64,000 bases of DNA. Origin: Candidatus Omnitrophota bacterium. Its GTDB lineage: Bacteria > Omnitrophota > Gorgyraeia > B26-G9. The notes below the pieces were generated by a model that worked only from the letters and a program-made list of their open reading frames with translations, made no database searches and had not been told where the DNA came from. The stretch's first letter is position 1; every line of letters starts with the position of its first letter. Shown here piece by piece: positions 1 through 9,750 of the stretch. Where the stretch lies: the NCBI GenBank assembly GCA_043814605.1, contig JBDRJV010000022.1:85305-149304 (forward strand), given 5' to 3'. Position numbers and translations under genes: made by a program.

Positions 1-25
1 ATATTCCATAAAAATTGGGCTAAGA

Positions 26-1927
26 TTAGTTGGTTATTTTAATTTTATATAAATCATCACATTTCATGTCAAATTTATAGATCCAAAAAGTAGGTTCCCC
101 TTTTCTGTTTTTTATCACCTTATAAGGCCGATATTGAAATAAAAACGGGCTAAACCTTTCAAAAAAAGCCGGAGGAGTATAGCTTGCTGCCTCACTGATT
201 TCATCTCCCCTTCTAAACGGCCCTGTCGGAAAAATAAAATACACGTTCTTATATCCTTTATCCAGTATATATGCCTTAAAAGCTTCATAAGACTTTAAAT
301 CACTTTTATGCACAAAAAGTTTTACATAAAGATCATATTCAACTTTAGCCGCCCATAAAGATACGACATCAAGGTTATATAAATACCCGTGCGGCTGTAA
401 ATAATAATCATAAATGAGAAAATTTCCATCCTTAGCTACTTCATCATAGTAAAACTTTCTTAACTGAAAATTTCCATATGCTTTATTCAACCCTTCTCCA
501 AATGTCCAAACAAACCTTGCGTTAAAAATAAATATATTTAAAAATATAATCACACTAAGCAAAAAATATAATACCCGGCTCTGCGGATACCTAGAATTTA
601 ACCTTGAAAATTTTACAAAACTGTATAAGCCATAAGCAGCAAAAAAAATCAATACAAAATAAAAATCATATGTATACCTTCCCACAATTTGCGCATTAGC
701 AGTATTTGTAACTATGCGATAAATAAAAAAAGAGCCTAATAACAATAAGATATGTTTAATTATCTGTTTTTCTTTTTCTCTCTTAATTAAATATGCCAAC
801 CCCGCGACAAACATTCCCGCCTCGACTATGTTAAAAAAACTTATATCCTGTAAAAATGAAGGTTCATGAGGAGAAAGATTAATATCGCTGCTTATAAATA
901 ACACCCGAAAGGTTCTTATAGCTATTTCCGGGATTTTGGAAAAGGCAAAATCATTAGTCATAGTAAGACTTGCCCAAGACCCTCTTTTGACTAATATCCC
1001 CCAAACACGATCATGCAAAATAATATTAACCCCATAGAAAAAATCCTTACCTAAGAGTTTTCCCCATATTCCGGTTATAAATAGAACTAAGACGAGAGAA
1101 ATAATTAAAGCTAAAATATACTTATACCAGTTCATGAATGTATAATCGGGATTTTTAAACTTTATTATATTAACCGATAAGATAGTAAAAAATCCGAACA
1201 ATATTTGGAACATAAGTATATTTGTATTAGGATAACCGTTCACAAAACATAAAGCTAAGCTTATTGATAATCCTAAAAGTGCAAACAAATTGCGTTGACT
1301 TTCACGACGATGACATAAAAATAAATAATAGCTCGACATGAAAAATAACAATGGGAAAATTGTAATAAAAGGGAAAAGCATCGACCTATCCAACTGATTG
1401 AAATACACATTACTTGATGCTATTACTGCAAGGATCAGCCCGAATCTCTTATTTACCAGTACGGCGCCCACCTTAGCAGCATAAATATATGTAAAAATAA
1501 ATATCAAAAAGCCAAAAACCATTAAGGAAGCTTCCAACCCTAATAATTTAAAAGAAAGGAAATAAATTGCCAGCTGGCTCATTCTTGATAATACAAAAAC
1601 TGCATAATGCGTCGGGTTCAATATCCAACCAGGCTCTCCGTTGGGGTCAATACCATGATAAGTATACGCATCCGGCAGTGAAATTTTCTCAGCATGGAAC
1701 TGTTGGTAACGAAATTTCATATATTCATAAAAATCACCTTTAAAATCGCCCTTATCTTGAATATAATCTATGAGATTCTTTTGAAAAACTAGCCCCCATT
1801 GAGCGTGATCGGTATAATTTAAACTTGGTGGCATAATCAAAAAAAAGCCAATGATCAAAATTAACAGGAATATCACTTCTGCTGCTATTTTTTTCTTACT
1901 TAAATAATCAATTATTTTTATATACAT
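26..1927 (-). CDS. Large polytopic membrane protein (about 12 TM N-terminal region plus ~200 aa C-terminal soluble domain); putative GT-C-like glycosyltransferase or glycan polymerase
   Basis: 633-aa ORF, many hydrophobic helices in first ~430 aa, sits at the distal end of a glycan locus directly downstream of an epimerase; no specific family recognised. Confidence 0.4.
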   Translation of the reverse strand: MYIKIIDYLSKKKIAAEVIFLLILIIGFFLIMPPSLNYTDHAQWGLVFQKNLIDYIQDKGDFKGDFYEYMKFRYQQFHAEKISLPDAYTYHGIDPNGEPGWILNPTHYAVFVLSRMSQLAIYFLSFKLLGLEASLMVFGFLIFIFTYIYAAKVGAVLVNKRFGLILAVIASSNVYFNQLDRSMLFPFITIFPLLFFMSSYYLFLCHRRESQRNLFALLGLSISLALCFVNGYPNTNILMFQILFGFFTILSVNIIKFKNPDYTFMNWYKYILALIISLVLVLFITGIWGKLLGKDFFYGVNIILHDRVWGILVKRGSWASLTMTNDFAFSKIPEIAIRTFRVLFISSDINLSPHEPSFLQDISFFNIVEAGMFVAGLAYLIKREKEKQIIKHILLLLGSFFIYRIVTNTANAQIVGRYTYDFYFVLIFFAAYGLYSFVKFSRLNSRYPQSRVLYFLLSVIIFLNIFIFNARFVWTFGEGLNKAYGNFQLRKFYYDEVAKDGNFLIYDYYLQPHGYLYNLDVVSLWAAKVEYDLYVKLFVHKSDLKSYEAFKAYILDKGYKNVYFIFPTGPFRRGDEISEAASYTPPAFFERFSPFLFQYRPYKVIKNRKGEPTFWIYKFDMKCDDLYKIKITN

Positions 1928-2872
1928 TTATTGAGTCTTATCCCTTTGTTTTTTAATATAATCAATAACTTCGTCGATTTTCTTTTCAAGTTTCTGTTGT
2001 GGTTTGAATTTGATTGCTTTTTCTAGCCTTTGGTTATCTACGATCGAATTCCTTAATTCACCGGCAACTGCCTTAGTATAACTTGGTTTTAATTTTGGAT
2101 TAATCTTATTAATCAGAATTTTTGCGATCTGATTAACTGATGTATCAATTCCTGTGCCTACATTAAAAATTTTCCTATCTGTTTTTTTATTAAGCACCCG
2201 ATAAGTAGCTTCAACTATATCACCCACATAAACAAAATCACGCCGCTGTTTTCCATCACCAAAAATAACCGGAGATTTATTATCTAACAATCTGTTAATA
2301 AAAATTGTAATCACTCCTACATAAGGCGTAAATGTCTGGCCCGGGCCATAAGTATTAAAATAACGCAAAACAGTACTCTCTATACCTATTTGAGCGCAGG
2401 CAACTAGAACATATTTTTCTCCAGCCAGTTTTGCAATGCCATAAGGAGAAATCGGTTCTTTCTTATAATCTTCATTTATCGATTTTGGACGAGTACAATC
2501 GGCATAAACTGCCATAGAAGAAGCAAAAATAAATTTTTTTACTCTTTTAGAAACACGGCAAGCACGTAAAAGATTTAAAGTACCCATTATATTAGTGTAC
2601 GCATCTTCATGAAATTTATCCACCGAACCTCTTATAGTTACATTTGCCGCTAAATGAAATACCGCATCTACATTTTTAATCACCTGTTGCGCTAATTTAA
2701 AATCTTGAATATCTCCTTTAATAAACTTACACCCACTGGGAACATTTTCTTTCTTCCCGACGGAAAGATTATCAAGCACAACCGGAATTATTTTTGCTTT
2801 TAATAGCCTATGACAAAGATGCGAGCCAATAAAGCCCGCCCCTCCGGTAATTAATACTTCTTTGAATTTCAT
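1928..2872 (-). CDS. NAD-dependent epimerase/dehydratase (UDP-sugar 4-epimerase-like SDR)
   Basis: N-terminal Rossmann motif LITGGAGFIGSHL, YxxxK SDR architecture, 314 aa. Confidence 0.8.
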   Translation of the reverse strand: MKFKEVLITGGAGFIGSHLCHRLLKAKIIPVVLDNLSVGKKENVPSGCKFIKGDIQDFKLAQQVIKNVDAVFHLAANVTIRGSVDKFHEDAYTNIMGTLNLLRACRVSKRVKKFIFASSMAVYADCTRPKSINEDYKKEPISPYGIAKLAGEKYVLVACAQIGIESTVLRYFNTYGPGQTFTPYVGVITIFINRLLDNKSPVIFGDGKQRRDFVYVGDIVEATYRVLNKKTDRKIFNVGTGIDTSVNQIAKILINKINPKLKPSYTKAVAGELRNSIVDNQRLEKAIKFKPQQKLEKKIDEVIDYIKKQRDKTQ

Positions 2873-3014
2873 TTTTATTTTTTCCTACATTTTAAATCTT
2901 CAAGTCTTATGATCAATTCTTTGAAAAATTAAACCATTATTAAAATGGTGTTTGATGTTTATTTTATATTAGTCTTGTCTCTGAGAATACAATTTTTCAT
3001 TTTTATAGGATATT

Positions 3015-3827
3015 TTATTTTGCATTTTTACCGATATTTGAATTTATTCTTTTTCTTCTTGGCGCTATAAATGCACTTTTAGTTCCTGCATTTTCCCCTA
3101 TGGTTTTAAGCCATTTTTGATTGCACAAGAGAAGATCATCCGGAGTAGTTACATTCATATCCCATTTAACTACATCACAGACAAAAACTGGACACCCTTC
3201 TTCAATAAGCATTTGAATTGCAGTAGTAATCTCGTACTCATCACGCATTGCTGTTCTGGGAGTACATCTTATGGCATCAAAAATTGCCTGGCTAAATAAG
3301 TATATCCCACAACCTTTTAAATTCGTAGTCAAATATCGCGGTTTTTCAATAACTCTTTTTACCCTCTTGCTGTGGCCATTAAGAATAACCGTAAAGTTCT
3401 TTCTTATGGAAGATACATCTAGTTCTTTTTTTACTGCTAAAACCGCTCCGGCTTTTTCTTCTTTAAAAATTTTAATCATTTGTTTTAAATTTTTCGGAAT
3501 AATAAATATATCCCCCAGGAACAACATAAACGGACCGCTCACATATTTTTCCAGTTGCCCCACGGCATGAGCAATACCAATTTTTTCTTTTTGTTCAACA
3601 TATTTTATCTCAACACCGAAGCTGGAACCATCGCCAAAATAATTAATAATTTTTTCTTTTAAATGTCCGACTACAAATATATATTTTTTTATTCCTAAGC
3701 CGATCATAATTTCAAGCTGATATTGCATTATCGGCTTATTACAGATTGGTAAAAGCGGTTTAGGAAAATCCAAGCTTAAGGGTTTAATTCTTTCGCCTTT
3801 TCCGGCAGCTAAAATTATGCCTATCAT
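3015..3827 (-). CDS. Sugar-1-phosphate nucleotidylyltransferase (NTP_transferase family)
   Basis: MIGIILAAGKGERIKPLS...PKPLLPI signature of sugar nucleotidyltransferases. Confidence 0.8.
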   Translation of the reverse strand: MIGIILAAGKGERIKPLSLDFPKPLLPICNKPIMQYQLEIMIGLGIKKYIFVVGHLKEKIINYFGDGSSFGVEIKYVEQKEKIGIAHAVGQLEKYVSGPFMLFLGDIFIIPKNLKQMIKIFKEEKAGAVLAVKKELDVSSIRKNFTVILNGHSKRVKRVIEKPRYLTTNLKGCGIYLFSQAIFDAIRCTPRTAMRDEYEITTAIQMLIEEGCPVFVCDVVKWDMNVTTPDDLLLCNQKWLKTIGENAGTKSAFIAPRRKRINSNIGKNAK

Positions 3828-3848
3828 ATTGCCGATCCTTTCCTAAAT

Positions 3849-4586
3849 TTAAAGAGAATTTATTATTTTTAATCTATAAACAAAAAGTTTAATACGTAAA
3901 TAAAATAAGAATTTTAAAACACTAATTGAAGTTTTGACAATATTTAATTTGCTAGCCCCCTTATGTCTCAAATAATGTCCCACCCCAACCTCACCTATTT
4001 TAGCTCCCATTTCTGAGGCTTTAACCATTATTTCTGTCGGTGCAGGATATCCTCTGGCTTCAATCCGAATATCTTTTATGATTTTTGCTTTATATAGCTT
4101 TTGCGCACAATTGGTATCCCGGAATTTCAAACCGAAAACAATACGCATAATTAAATTGAACATCCGATCCGCAACTACTCTTGCTATTGTATCTTTTTTC
4201 TTATAACGATAGCCGGATACAAAATCATAATCTCCCTCTTTTAGTTTAGCATGTAATTTTCCATATTCCTTAACATCAAACTGTCCATCAGAATCAAGTG
4301 TCATTATCAACTCACCCTGCGCATGTTTTACTGCATTATAAACAGCATACCCATACCCTTTATTAGGATTATTTTCACAAACAACAAGATTATTAAATTT
4401 TTTTTTGAGTTTTTCTAAAACTTCTGCTGTCTGATCAGCGCTACCATCATTACAGACAACAATTTCAGCATTTATTTTTTCTTTATATATATAATCCTGC
4501 CATTCATGGATTATTTCTTCGATCAGTGATTCTTCGTTATATGCAGGTGTAACAATTGACAAATAAGGCGTATTTTTAGACATCAT
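3849..4586 (-). CDS. Family 2 glycosyltransferase (DPM1/polyprenyl-phosphate sugar synthase-like)
   Basis: LSIVTPAYNEE ... NDGSADQT ... DSDGQ motifs (GT2 DXD). Confidence 0.8.
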   Translation of the reverse strand: MMSKNTPYLSIVTPAYNEESLIEEIIHEWQDYIYKEKINAEIVVCNDGSADQTAEVLEKLKKKFNNLVVCENNPNKGYGYAVYNAVKHAQGELIMTLDSDGQFDVKEYGKLHAKLKEGDYDFVSGYRYKKKDTIARVVADRMFNLIMRIVFGLKFRDTNCAQKLYKAKIIKDIRIEARGYPAPTEIMVKASEMGAKIGEVGVGHYLRHKGASKLNIVKTSISVLKFLFYLRIKLFVYRLKIINSL

Positions 4587-4634
4587 TATTTTCGCTCCTT
4601 CATCAAAGTGAAGCTTCTTTTAAAATCAGTGTTT

Positions 4635-6140
4635 CTAGAATTTTTGATTAATAAACTCTCTTACCAGTAAACCAAATTGTCTAAAATAATTAATTTTTGC
4701 TTTTGATTTACATAATACCTGCCAATATTTTCGGCTTAAATAAAATTTAATATTTGGCAAAACCTTATTATAACGCCTTGAATTATCTCTGATCCAATTC
4801 CCCAGTTCCACGTCATGCGAACAATACTTGAACTTTTCAGGATATGTTTTCATCAACCAGGTAACATCTTTTGAAAGCATCGCATATTCCTGCTTACTAA
4901 AACGATAATTTGAATTTTCATATATCTCAGTTCCTAGATACGGAGTGAAGATATTCATGCTAACTACCTCAGAATCAAGAATATCTAACAGCTTAAGGAT
5001 ATCCTCTAAATCTTTTTCTGTCTCTTGCGGCAGGTTAGTCAGCATATTAGCAAAAGTCCTTACGCCATGCTTATGGCAAAGACTAAAAATGTTTTTTATC
5101 ATCTTTATATTTTGCCCTTTTTTCATCAAACGAAGCGCCTGATCAGAACCTCTTTCTACGCCAAAATCTATCTGTACACACCCAGCATTAGCCATTGTTT
5201 TTATGATCTCTTCATTTAGGGTTGCAATCTTTGAAGAGCAGCCCCAGACCAAGTTTATATTTTCAGCTTTTATCACGTCACAGAATTTTTTTACATTTTT
5301 CTGCTCAAGGGTAAATAAATCATCTATAAAATAAAAAGAGTCAACCGCATATTTTTCTTTTAAAATCTTTAATTCACCGATTAAACTCTCCGCACTACGG
5401 CTTCTGCCACAGCCGCTAAATTCTCTCAGTTTTTTTGCCACACAAAAAGTACATTGCGAAGGACATCCTCTGGTTGCTAACAGATACATCGACCTTAAAA
5501 AACAGCCTCTAATTGCATAAGGATTTGCGTTTGTATAATAGCTCATGTCTATCAAACTGTAATCAGGATAAGAAATCTCATCAAGATTATCACACAAGGG
5601 TCTTTTCGGCGTTATTACTGTTTTTTTTGTTTGCTTATCAAAATAGGCAATACCTTTAATTTTGCTTAAGTCACTGTTGTCACTACTCAAAAGATTCTTG
5701 CACAACTCATAAGTTGTCAACTCTCCCTCACCTAAGACACAAATATCCACCCCGGTTTCCTCATCAAAAAAATCTTCCGGCAAAAAAGTTGGATGTATCC
5801 CTCCCACAATAACCTTCACAGAACTGTCAATTTCTTTTATGGCCTTAGCTATTTTAACTACTTCAAAATATTCCGGAGTGTAACATGATATACCCACAAT
5901 TTTCGTTTTTGTTTTTTTAAATTCAGTAATCATCTTATTGTGGATATCATCGATTACATTATCAATATTATCAAAAAACTCTTTTGTTCTTATTTGTTCT
6001 TTCATCGGTTCATCGATGATTTTCACTCTCATTCCTTTATGAGTCAAATATCCGCCAACATACATCAAAGCTACTGGTGGCCGATAATGATTGATCATCC
6101 TTGAAGGAGGCGAAAATAAAACGATATCATAATGTTTCAT
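4635..6140 (-). CDS. B12-binding domain radical SAM protein (class B rSAM)
   Basis: N-terminal cobalamin-binding Rossmann-like region (VGISCYTPEYF...VIVGGIHPT) followed by CPSQCTFC (CX3CX2C) radical SAM cluster motif. Confidence 0.8.
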   Translation of the reverse strand: MKHYDIVLFSPPSRMINHYRPPVALMYVGGYLTHKGMRVKIIDEPMKEQIRTKEFFDNIDNVIDDIHNKMITEFKKTKTKIVGISCYTPEYFEVVKIAKAIKEIDSSVKVIVGGIHPTFLPEDFFDEETGVDICVLGEGELTTYELCKNLLSSDNSDLSKIKGIAYFDKQTKKTVITPKRPLCDNLDEISYPDYSLIDMSYYTNANPYAIRGCFLRSMYLLATRGCPSQCTFCVAKKLREFSGCGRSRSAESLIGELKILKEKYAVDSFYFIDDLFTLEQKNVKKFCDVIKAENINLVWGCSSKIATLNEEIIKTMANAGCVQIDFGVERGSDQALRLMKKGQNIKMIKNIFSLCHKHGVRTFANMLTNLPQETEKDLEDILKLLDILDSEVVSMNIFTPYLGTEIYENSNYRFSKQEYAMLSKDVTWLMKTYPEKFKYCSHDVELGNWIRDNSRRYNKVLPNIKFYLSRKYWQVLCKSKAKINYFRQFGLLVREFINQKF

Positions 6141-6147
6141 ATTTTTA

Positions 6148-7363
6148 TTATGTTTTTAAAACCATTTCAAAAATTTGGCTTGCTCTTTTATCCCAATCCC
6201 ATTGTTCAACAATTAAATCTACTGCTTCACTCGCAGTTTCCTGATAATATTTTTTATCCGTTAATAATCTAATTACGGCTTCAGCAAATTTTTCCAGATC
6301 CCCGGGACATATTTTAATCATGCCTTTAGGATAATATGTTTTTAACGCTTCCAGATCAAAACTAATACCCGGCAAACCCCAGGCCATAGCCTCAGCAGCA
6401 GCCATACCCCCGCTATCGTATGTTGCTGGATGTATAACAATTTTACTCTGCTTGAAAACCTCAAATTTTTCTTTACCATCCAAAAATCCGAATAACTCTA
6501 TATTATTTTGCAAGCCGTATTTACTAATTTTTTTTTTTAACCTCTGCTTCGAGTGACCCGTTACCGACCATCGCCAACCTAGCATTACTTTTAAGTTTCA
6601 CTACTTTTCCCCAAATATCCACTAAAACTAAAACACCTTTTTGGTGATGAAAACGTCCGACAAAACAAGCATCATATTTTCTGGCGTCAAATGCAATGAT
6701 CTTATCACTATTCAAATACTTCTCAGACTCAGCTATATCTACTCCGCCCCTGATGACTAAAACTTTTGATTTATTCCTCTTCTTTGTCACAAACTTTTTT
6801 TGATCCGGCAGAGAAGTAACAAATACAACATCCGCAAAGATATTTATGATCCAATAAATAGGAATTTGTGAGAGCCAATACAAAAAACCTCTCCCGGCAT
6901 TTCTGCCTTTATAAGGATTATCTTTTTGCCACGGAACAGGAGCAAAAAGATAAAAAGAGGCAATCCAAAAGACTTTCCGATTCATAATTTTAATCAAAAA
7001 AGCCGGTATCGAATCTGGATAAAAATCAGACACCGAATAAATAATCGTCGAATCTCTAAACAACTTTCTGTTTTTGATTACAAACAATATCCCTCTGCCG
7101 AGTTTTATGAAGAAATTCCCAAAAATAGCTCTTAATGTGAATACTTCTTTTTCTTGGCCTTTAAGAAATTTGCCTGATGTTTTAAGGAATTCTATGTTAC
7201 TCAGACCCTCACGCTTGCAAATACTAATTGTTTCTTCCGAGCCGATCAATGTTAGCTTTATTTTATTTTGCCAATTCCTGGCAAGCTCAACAAAAATTCT
7301 ATCACCACCGCTTAAACCAAAATCTCCGATGCTACTATTACCTACAAAAAAACATTCTCTCAT
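6148..7363 (-). pseudogene. GT4/GT1-type glycosyltransferase split into two overlapping ORFs (6524-7363 N-terminal domain, 6148-6585 C-terminal domain) by a frameshift inside a poly-A(11) tract at 6528-6538
   Basis: N-terminal ORF ends ...SLEAEVKKKN, C-terminal ORF continues KKKISKYG...GGMAAAEAMAWGLPGISFD (GT1 C-terminal EX7E-type region). The two frames join exactly across the T11/A11 homopolymer. Confidence 0.65.
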
Positions 7364-7395
7364 TTTTTATTTCCATATTTTATTATTAAAAACTG

Positions 7396-8412
7396 CTATT
7401 GTTTTAAGCAAATATTATCACCCTGAGTTTTAATTATCCGGGAATTAATTTTTGCTTTATATATCGCTACTATTTTTTTAAGAATAAACCGAGGCATAAT
7501 CATTGTCCCAAGGCTAAAAAACCAAAATCTAAAATTAAAAATATTCTGCCAACGGTATTTCAAAAGCATAACTATTTCACGGATAAGAAAACTATACTTT
7601 CTCGCATAGTTTCTCACCTGTACAAGTCCGATGTAATTTACGGCAACAAAATCCCTAATGCATATTTCCCTTAAGTTTTTAAATTTTTCTTCTTTAAAAA
7701 CTGTTTCAAATAAATCAATCCAGCACTGCATGGGTGATTTTTCGTAAACTTTCGGATTCTGCGACCCGCTGTATGAAAATGCCGGACAAGCCATAGTATA
7801 ATCTTTAAGCACAACGATTTTATGCTCTTTCCAGATCGCAATAAAAGGATACGTAAATTCGACAAAAGCATCCTGATTGAATGATCTGTTCATATATTTT
7901 TTTCGGAAAGCCAGTCCTGCCGGATTATCCAATAAATGTACAACCTTGATAATCAATTCCGGATCATCGTCAATCGAAACAACCAAATCCTCATCAATCG
8001 CTACTTTATCTTTTTTGCGCACCACAGTATTTACATCTTTACCATACCAATAATAAGGTCGTGTAACCGCACCAATATCATCAGACAGATTAAAAGCATT
8101 GCATGTTTTTTCTAATGCATCCTTTGATATTAAACTTTTTCCAGAAAGAAGATAGATAATATCTCCCGCTGCTCTTTCAAAACTCAGGCATAGATTCTTA
8201 TAATAGCCTAAGTTTTCTTCATTCTTAAAATATTTAATTCTCTCATCTTTAAATGACCTTACTATTTCTTGAGTATTATCCGATGAGTTGTTATCTGAAA
8301 TAACAATCTCAAAATTACTATATGTTTGAGAAAGAACATTCTTTATGGTCTGCCCCAGAAGATCTCCCATATTATAAGTCGGTACACAAACACTGAATTT
8401 TAAATTTTCCAT
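7396..8412 (-). CDS. Family 2 glycosyltransferase
   Basis: FSVCVPTYNMGDLLGQTIKNVLSQTYSNFEIVISDNNSSDNT GT2 signature. Confidence 0.8.
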   Translation of the reverse strand: MENLKFSVCVPTYNMGDLLGQTIKNVLSQTYSNFEIVISDNNSSDNTQEIVRSFKDERIKYFKNEENLGYYKNLCLSFERAAGDIIYLLSGKSLISKDALEKTCNAFNLSDDIGAVTRPYYWYGKDVNTVVRKKDKVAIDEDLVVSIDDDPELIIKVVHLLDNPAGLAFRKKYMNRSFNQDAFVEFTYPFIAIWKEHKIVVLKDYTMACPAFSYSGSQNPKVYEKSPMQCWIDLFETVFKEEKFKNLREICIRDFVAVNYIGLVQVRNYARKYSFLIREIVMLLKYRWQNIFNFRFWFFSLGTMIMPRFILKKIVAIYKAKINSRIIKTQGDNICLKQ

Positions 8413-8424
8413 AACCTAAAAAAA

Positions 8425-9750
8425 TTAAATAAATCCCCTGACAAATTCATTTATTTTTTTTATGATAAACTTACGCTGCGCTTGTTTAATGCCAGGATAT
8501 ACGCCGATCCAAAATAAATTATTCATAACAATATCCGTATTTTTCAGAGAACCAACAACCTTCATTTTTATCCCAGCATAGGCTGGTTGTTTTATAAGGT
8601 TTCCGCCAAAAAGCATCCGGGTTGCAATCTTATTTTTTTCCAAATATCCAACAATATCATTCCGGGAAAAAGGCGCTGTCTGTTTTATGAGTATCGGAAA
8701 TCCGAACCAGCTGGGATCAGCACCTTGAACTGCTTTCGGCAGGACAAAATAGTTATCAAATTTGCGTAGATGTTTTAGAAAAAAATTAAAATTATTTTTC
8801 CGCAATTGTATAAATGAATTAAGCTTCTTTAATTGAGCAACACCAATAGCTGCCTGCATATCCGTAACCTTTAAGTTATAACCTATATGCGAATAAACAT
8901 ATTTATGATCATAGCCTCGTGGTAATTTACTAAATTTCCGGGTAAATCTATTCTTACAGGTGTCATCAACGCCAGGATTACACCAGCAATCTCTGCCCCA
9001 ATCACGAAAAGAAAGAATGATTTTTTTTAAAATCGGATCATTTGTTAAAAGCGCTCCCCCTTCCCCTAAAGTCATATGATGCGCTGGATAAAAACTCAGC
9101 GTTGCAATATGGCCATAAGTTCCGGTAAAACGCCCTCTGTACTTTGAACCCAAAGCATCACAATTATCTTCAATAACAAATAAATTATGTTTTTTTGCTA
9201 TTTTTAAAACCCCATCCAGATTAAACGGATTACCTAAAGTATGTGCCAGAAAAATCGCTTTAGTTTTTTTTGTAATTGCTTTTTCCAGATATTTCGTATC
9301 GACATTATATGTACCCAGTTCAACATCAAGAATCACTGGTTTTAATTGGTTTTGCAAAATTGGGTTTAAGGTTGTGGGAAATCCACAGGCAGTAGTAATA
9401 ACCTCGTCCCCTGGCTTTAAACGTTTCTTTTTTAAAAACAAAGAAGTTAAAGCACTTATTGCCAAAAGATTAGCCGATGAACCAGAATTAACTAATAAAC
9501 AATATTTTACTCCTAAAAATTCCGCTAACCGTTTTTCTAGTTTTTGCGCATACCTACCGGCCGTAAGCCAGAAATCTAAAGATGAATCGACAAGATTGAT
9601 TATTTCTTTATCATCATAAACACGTCCTGCATAATTAATCGGTGTTTTCCCCGGACAAAAAGTTTTTTTACTTTTTTTTACACGATAAAATTTTTTAACT
9701 TTAATAAAAATTTCTTTTCTTATCAATCTTTCCCTAGAATTCACTTTCAC
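8425..9750 (-). CDS. rfbH: CDP-6-deoxy-D-xylo-4-hexulose 3-dehydrase (E1, RfbH/DdhC; PMP-dependent DegT family)
   Basis: Near-colinear similarity to Salmonella RfbH recalled from memory: LLVNSGSSANLLAISALTS, KPGDEVITTACGFPTT, FYPAHHMTLGEGG, SFRDWGRDCWC, DPSWFGFPI, 441 aa. Confidence 0.9.
   Translation of the reverse strand: MKVNSRERLIRKEIFIKVKKFYRVKKSKKTFCPGKTPINYAGRVYDDKEIINLVDSSLDFWLTAGRYAQKLEKRLAEFLGVKYCLLVNSGSSANLLAISALTSLFLKKKRLKPGDEVITTACGFPTTLNPILQNQLKPVILDVELGTYNVDTKYLEKAITKKTKAIFLAHTLGNPFNLDGVLKIAKKHNLFVIEDNCDALGSKYRGRFTGTYGHIATLSFYPAHHMTLGEGGALLTNDPILKKIILSFRDWGRDCWCNPGVDDTCKNRFTRKFSKLPRGYDHKYVYSHIGYNLKVTDMQAAIGVAQLKKLNSFIQLRKNNFNFFLKHLRKFDNYFVLPKAVQGADPSWFGFPILIKQTAPFSRNDIVGYLEKNKIATRMLFGGNLIKQPAYAGIKMKVVGSLKNTDIVMNNLFWIGVYPGIKQAQRKFIIKKINEFVRGFI

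Noticed and set aside
3117-3570. Plus-strand ORFs 3117-3299 and 3271-3570 (60 and 99 aa), and similar short plus-strand ORFs at 4945-5219, 6926-7433, 7671-7871, 8587-8769, 9374-9619, 9792-9989 and elsewhere
   Set aside because: All lie antisense to, or inside, long well-supported minus-strand genes. They have low-complexity translations, no RBS and no recognisable motifs: shadow ORFs typical of AT-rich DNA
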